DNA of 64,000 bases from the NCBI RefSeq assembly GCF_009914755.1, contig NC_060931.1; one strand, 5' to 3'. Position 1 is the stretch's first letter; every line of letters begins with the position of its first letter. Both the position numbers and the translations under genes were made by a program. This DNA comes from the human T2T-CHM13v2.0 reference genome, Homo sapiens. Of the stretch, positions 56,326-64,000 are shown one piece after another. Below the pieces are notes generated by a model. It ran no database searches and was not told the DNA's origin. It saw only the letters and a list, made by a program, of their open reading frames with translations.

Positions 56326-57101
56326 AGCTCTTAATGTTTTGTTTTCTACAATTATTAATAATCTTTGGCTCTACATAAGATGTTTGCTTTGTGTAAATTT
56401 GATTTAACAATCCGAATTTAATATCACCGTATAGGTTGCATTAATTACTAACTTTAGCCAAATCAACAACATGAACAACATGTAAAATCCCATATAAAAT
56501 TTTTTCTTCCCTGTTATCAGAACAGAAAAGAAAAACTTCCCTGTTTTTCTTCCCTGTTATAAAAATTATTTCTTCCTTCTTAACCAACCATTTATCATGT
56601 CTATTTAGCTGTATGTGCTCTTTTAAACTTGCTGTGTTGGCTGTATTTGTGTATCATAAATATAAACTAGAAAATGGACAAGTAGCTTCCTAAACTTTGA
56701 AGTGCAAATGTTTTATTAAGGGAAAAAAAAACCCTCTTTCCCATGGCATTGCACTTCCATAGAAAATATAATTATTTCCCCCAAATCCTTTTACAGGGTT
56801 TTGCTATGTTCCAAAGGACAGGGACTGAGCTCACTTTGATTTGAGTTGGACTCTGAACATGGTTGGATTAACAGCCTCGGTCATTAATCTCTACTCCAAA
56901 TTTCAGCATGCTGTGTCCATCTATTACAGGTGTGGGTGTGTTTTTTGTTGAAACAAAATAATGTATACTTACTAATGCTAAAGTTAACGAACAAAAGCAA
57001 GGTTAGTAATTTTTGCAACAAAACCTACCCAGTGAGGGTCCCAGAAGGCTATCTGAGTAATACAGTGGGGCAAATGGTTTCAATTCAATCTCTGGATGAG
57101 C

Positions 57102-57447
57102 TTTGTTTGTTTGTTTGTTCATTTGTTTGTTTGTTTTGGAGACATTCTCACTCTGTCACCGAGTCTGCAGTGCAGTGGTATGATCATGACTCACTGTAGC
57201 CTCGACCTCCTGGGCTTAAGCAATCCTCCTGCCCCAGCCTCTGAAGCAACTGGGACTACAGGTGCACACCACCATCCCTAGCTTATTTTTTTTATTTATA
57301 TTTTTGTAGAGATGGGGTTATTTTTTTTTTGGTTTGTTTGTTTGTTTGTTTTCCCCACGTTGGTTTTAGACTCCTGGGCTTAAGCAATCCTTCTACCTTG
57401 GCCTCCCAAAGTGTTGGGATTACAGGTGTGAGCCACTGCACCAGGCC
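57102..57447 (-). mobile_element. AluJ with (TTTG)n tail and internal (TTTG)n expansion
   Basis: gctcactgtagcctcgacctcctgggc-like J diagnostics. Confidence 0.9.
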
Positions 57448-57837
57448 AAGATGATCCTTTTCAACAGCGTCTAAGTTAAAATATGCTACAAATTTATTTA
57501 AGATCTTGCTGTAAAATAAATCATTTGAAGTCGATATCATGAAACAACAGGAGAATGCAATGTGTTTCCTCCTTTGTCAACCAACAGTGTGGACCCAGCC
57601 TGGACTTGCCCACAAACAGCTGAGCCTAAAGCCTGCTTCATCCATCACCTGACCTTCCATAATGACTCTATATCACCTCATTTCTTCTATTTTTTTTAAA
57701 AATTATGCTGCTCTTTCTCTTTAATCTAGTTTTTCTTCTTCTTATATCTTCTTTCTAAAATAAAAGAGCACATAAATGTTTTAAAACAAATTAGATTTTC
57801 AACTTTCAGTAAAGATAAAGTTTTGTCAGTAGGGATT

Positions 57838-58049
57838 AAAGTTTGCCATCCTCGACATTGTTGATATTTCTGGCTCTATAATTCTTGGCTTTGGAGGAAA
57901 GGGCTGTCTCGTACACTGGAATCTTTTGCAACATCCCTGGCTTCTACCCATTCAATACTAGAAGTGCATCATATTTCCCTCAGTTGTGACAACCAAAATT
58001 AACCCAAAAGTCTCCTAGTGGCAAAACTGCCCCTGGGTAAGAACTGCTG
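57838..58049 (+). mobile_element. MER20 hAT element
   Basis: catccctggcttctaccca...cagttgtgacaaccaaaa...ggcaaaactgcccctgg. Confidence 0.8.
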
Positions 58050-58657
58050 ATATAGATGGTGCTAAAGTGTCACCTAGAAATCAGTTCATTGTGTTCCTAG
58101 GAACTACGAAAGGAAAATTGACACATTGTAAGAATTGACTCAACATTCATTTGATTTATATAGCAGTGTCTGTTATTTGCAGAAAGCACGTACTGCATGC
58201 TGAGATTTCCATAGACTTCATATTGATAAGGACAATATTTATGGTGTTAAAGTATGCCTACATATATAGATCTCCTATATATGTACTGCAGATAAAAATA
58301 CTATTATGTCACCTCATCAGCATAAATATTGCAAAAGAAAATGACCTCTTGAATTCTCATATCGTTTGTCTGTGATTTGTGGAGAATTACACAACATTAC
58401 TTCTAAACATTTTCAATCTAAGTGGTTTTATTTTTATTAATTAGGCATTACTTTTTATTTTGCCATTAAGGATATCATCTTTTCAACCAGGATCAATTTG
58501 AATCTGTAATCTCCTTTGGTTAATTGGACATTTTCCTTATTGTGAATTTAAGTTTGGGATCAAGAGGAGATTGATTAGATCTGCCACATAGTTTGGCCGG
58601 GGATTATTTATATAGCTGTTTCTTTGCATTTCACTTTTGCTAAAAAAGTAGACATTC

Positions 58658-58803
58658 AAAACAATATAAATTTGTAGTCTGTTAGCAAAGTGTATTCTCT
58701 AATATTCTATTATAGATATAGTATGTTCTATAGAGTATATTACACTATATTCTATTCTATTATAGAATACACTTTGCTAACAGAATAAAATTTATATTGT
58801 TTT
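58658..58803. repeat. 146-bp AT-rich imperfect palindrome
   Basis: Arms 58658-58704 and 58758-58803 are reverse complements (2 mismatches, 1 indel); centre tcta|taga. Confidence 0.93.
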
Positions 58804-58892
58804 CACGCACTCTATTCACATTTAAGAAACATTAACCTTCATAAATAGCATAAAGGCTGATTTTCTCTAAAACAGAGCAAACAAATCAATAA

Positions 58893-59252
<360 letters not shown>

Positions 59253-60787
59253 CTCAAAGGGCTCTTTTCCTACTAAGGAAGTAAACGATGCAGGCCTGAT
59301 TGTGTGTTTTTTTGCACTTTTAATAACACCTTCATTGACCATGTGACACCACACAATACCACTCCTTGGTGATGTGCTTAGCAATCCCAAACAAACCTTT
59401 CCAATTCACATAAAATGCCACACACCCTATTCCTCCCTACCTCTTAGGGTTGTCATAAGAATTTGAATGATACATGTGAATGCTCTTCTGATTTTGAGGA
59501 TGAAGTCACTGTGTCATCTTAATCATGCTTATTTGGAGTTGTGCCTAGAGGGGCATAATACACAGTGTGAAAATATGTTCTATTGAAAGTTCAAACGATT
59601 GCTTTAGTGGTTGATGCCATTAAATTGGTTTGGAGGATGTTTTATTGCATTTAAATTGGACTGACCACCTCAAAGAGCTATTTGGATAACTCTAGGCAAC
59701 CTCAGTCTGGCACAGATAATCCAGTTACTTAGTAAGAGTCTTGAGCACAAAACTGGGGAGGGGGTTATATGATAATTCTGATTTTTTTTTTTTTTTTTGC
59801 AAATAAAAAGATACTCTTGACTGTGATCTTATTTCCAATTGTACAATGGGTTCACCTTACAAAATTAAGTATAGTACTATCCCCATGCTTGCTTTTTAAT
59901 TGAGGAAATAGTGGGTGGTTTGGTTAACTAAACAACCATTTGTTAGATTAATTCTCACTAGCTTGATTCAGAACTATACCTAGTAGGAAATATTGGAGCT
60001 AGGAACTGAGCAATAAGCAGCATTTATTTAGGGTGTCTGGCTCATATATATTGTGTCCTTACAACAAAGATGCAAAACAGGTAATTATTCCCCCATTTTG
60101 CAAATGACAAAACCGAAGTTGAAGAAGTGAATTAACTTACTCTCATAACAAGCAATGTCACTTTAATTTTTGGCCTTTCTACCAAAGCATGTTACCTCTT
60201 AAAGACAGCATAAAATCAGAGCATAACAGATTCATAGAAAGAATGGTTATAATAATAATTACTATCATTACTACTATAATTATAGTTTGTATCCAGAATT
60301 GATTAATCATTGATTATAGGTCAGATATTGTGCTAAGTTCCTTATTTAAAACCTCACGATACTGCTACAACTATCTTCATTAGGAACTATCTTCATTTTA
60401 ACAATATGAAAATGAAGGACAAAATAATTTTTTGTTTATTCATTCAATCACTAAGTGTAAAAATAAGAGCGATTATGTATTTGCTTGTTTAGTGGTGCCA
60501 TATTCTCAAAGGTCCCAAAGTAACAATTTAAAAAAAAAAATGTATCTGTCCTTGAGGGGAACACAGTACATCTATAGTACAATTTTTCCTAAGAGTAGTT
60601 ATTTGAAAGTCATGACAAAAAGGGAAGTGGTCAAATAAACTGTGTTGAACAGCCATTGCAAATTATTTAAAGCAATTTTAATGGCAACAACAACAAAAAT
60701 ATGTATTAGGTGAAGAAAAGCAGAATATAAAATTGTTAATACAGATCAATATCTCTTTCACTTAGCAGTTTGATTTCAAAATGTGCA

Positions 60788-60928
60788 GGCTGGGCACGAT
60801 GGCTCACGCATGTAATCCCAACACTTTGGGAGGCAAACACAGGTGGAGCACAAGGTCAGGAGATCGAGACCATCCTGGCAAACACGGTGAAACCCTGTCT
60901 CTACTAAAAGTACAAAAAAAATATCTGG
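60788..60928 (+). mobile_element. Isolated Alu left arm (older, CpG-decayed)
   Basis: Left monomer plus linker, directly followed by a full AluY. Confidence 0.9.
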
Positions 60929-61266
<338 letters not shown>

Positions 61267-61371
61267 CTAATCATATTTCTGAGATGTAGTATTATGGATA
61301 ACCTTTTTTATGTTTTTCTGCATTAATATTCAATAACTTTATTACTAATATTCAAATATTACTATAATCGC

Positions 61372-61648
61372 TGAAAGACAAATGCTGTATGATTCAACTT
61401 ATATAAGGCATCTAAAATAGTCACATTGATAGAATCAAAGAGTTGAGCGGTGGGTGCCAGGGGCCGGGGAGGAAGAGGAAATGTAGAATTACTATTAATG
61501 GGCATGAAGTTGAGCAAGATGAATAAATTCTAGGAATGTGCTACACACCATTGTACTTACAGTCAGAAATAATGCATTGAACACTTACAAATTTGTTAAG
61601 AGAGTAGATCTCATGTGTTTTTACCATTGTAAAATAAAATTAAAAAAA
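61372..61648 (+). mobile_element. L1MA10/L1MB-like 3' end
   Basis: gacaaatgctgtatgattc...aatttgttaagagagtagatctcatgt. Confidence 0.8.
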
Positions 61649-62199
61649 TGATTAGTCAAAATTGTGAAAAATACAAAACATATATAATTTGCTTTAAATA
61701 TCATTTTAAAATATGTACAAGATTTGTATCTCAATGTATAAATTCAGATGCACATAAAAGTTCTCATCCCTTTATTTATCAGTTTTAATTTTAAGCTTCC
61801 ATCTTGCTGTTCTTTCGAAAGGCTTACTCTAAGTCAATCCTGGTTTCATTTTATTTCAGGGTCTTATCGTGTCATTGTGTGCACACACTTGTATGTACAT
61901 ACAGTGATGCATGTGTGTATACACTCATGTGTTCCCAGAGACTAGTTGTGATACTTACAGTGGCCCCTGTTTGTATTTCCTCCTCCACGATTCAGTGATT
62001 CTCTGCTGCTTTTCCTGCAGTCTTGGGAACTTGAATCAATTGGGAATGTGTTGATGGTCCACCTATAAATAATTATCCCAAAATAGCAACCAATTACTTT
62101 ATTTGAAAACAAAACAAAACAAAACAAAAAAACACTAGCTGAATAAACTAGTATACTTAGTATTCGGATACTAATAACATAATTCAAAAACAGTTCTTT

Positions 62200-62546
<347 letters not shown>

Positions 62547-62859
62547 TTAAAACCATAGACAGTACCTACAATCTATATTTTCAATATCACATTAAAAAAG
62601 CAGTGTAATATCAGTATATTATTGTGATTTATATGTCACAATTTATCCCTGCTTAAATATCATATAGAATGCTTAAAATTGTATTAATTCAAAGAATTAT
62701 TCACAATGTCATTCCCAATGTCACTTTTTAGTTTAGAGCAGAGTATGCATGCACAGGGATTATTTGTGGTAACCATATTATGAAGTGTAGCATTATCTTT
62801 TATTATAAATGATATGATATAATCAAAAGAGATGGCCTTTTGGGTTTAAAGACAAAATA

Positions 62860-63030
62860 AATGCCACGTTTACTAAATGGGTATATTTGAGATGATTGCT
62901 TAAGCTTTCCAAATCCCATTTTTGCCACTCATAATAGGAATAAGAATGCTTACTTCATAGATTTGTCATGAAGATTAAATTAGATAATAAATGCCAAGTG
63001 CTTAGCACCATGGCTGGCTGAAGGTAAGGA
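62860..63030 (+). mobile_element. MIR
   Basis: tacttcatagatttgtcatgaagattaaattagataat...aagtgcttagcac. Confidence 0.7.
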
Positions 63031-64000
63031 TTTATACATATTAGCCCTTATTATTATTGCTGCTGTTGTTCTTAGTTCTTCCCTTTGGTAGTGCATAGAG
63101 TCATGTAGTAACTGTTTGTACTTCCTATATTCTCAACTCTGAAATGAATTTTATTATCTAGCGTCTGTTCTTAACCTCACAAGAAAACATGCCTTAAACA
63201 TTAAATAAGCATAAAAATGAGGTCTTGATGCTCACACAGAGAAATAAGCATTTTCCAGAAGGAGTTGCCTTCAAATCAAAATATAATTGATACTACTCAG
63301 AAAAGAGATTTTCTCTCTGCACTGATTGACTTGAAAGCAGAATAGAAGACTGGAGTCACGGAGCCAGAAAATGTTTAGAGGTGGCTGGCTTCACATGTAT
63401 TTTCTAGTCCAACTATTAAGTTTGCAGATGAAGAACTGAGAACTCCCTGAAAGAGGAAACGGCTCCTCCTGAGACTTCCCCATAAGGAACTAGTAGCAGA
63501 ACCGTATTGGATTTGGTTTTAGTGCTTAGCCCCATGCTCTTCCACTATATTACATTTAAGGTAACATGTACGTTTTCATTTCTATTAGAAGTCATCAATG
63601 GGTGGACTTTGAGTGTGAGCATTTTGCCTTGCATGTAATAGATATTCTTAAAATAGTTGTGAAAGAATGAATCCCTCTTTTATCTATCCTATATATGAAA
63701 TGACTTTGTTGGTAAAAAAAAATGGCCAATTGCTCAGCAATTTACACTAGAGGATAATTTTACAACCGCAGGTATGGGACACACTTGGGTTCCTTTCCAC
63801 ACTTGGACATTTTATAGATGCATTTTTAAGGGAGGAGGAGATAACAGCAATCTCAGTTTTTTTCTGGAAAATAAAAATAATTGTTGTATGCCCAGTGGAA
63901 CTATGAAGGAGCATATTGGGCCCAAGAAAGTAAAGAATGTCTACACTTAAGCTATTTTTAAATAATAAATTAATTCATAGGAGAAACAGGAATGAGAGGC

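Overview
AT-rich, CpG-depleted primate (human-like) genomic DNA: an almost entirely intronic stretch of CNTNAP2 (CASPR2), transcribed on the + strand. Only one real coding element is visible, a 148-nt exon (44255-44402, most likely exon 4) encoding the C-terminal half of the F5/8 type C (discoidin) domain. The rest is a mosaic of Alus, old L1/L2/MIR fragments, about 15 solo LTRs (MaLR, ERV1, ERVL-like), hAT MERs and microsatellites; the other ORFs in the track are chance or repeat-derived. I see no new protein-coding system. The most interesting unexplained structures are rearrangement fossils with RNA-structural potential: a ~207-bp inverted templated copy inside an MST LTR, a 146-bp AT-rich palindrome, a tightly spaced inverted AluY pair, a twin-primed L1, a trimeric Alu, a G-rich Alu tail, local duplications, and loss of the poly(A) hexamer in all three sense-oriented LTRs. 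Repeat family names come from recalled consensus sequences and need RepeatMasker/Dfam confirmation.
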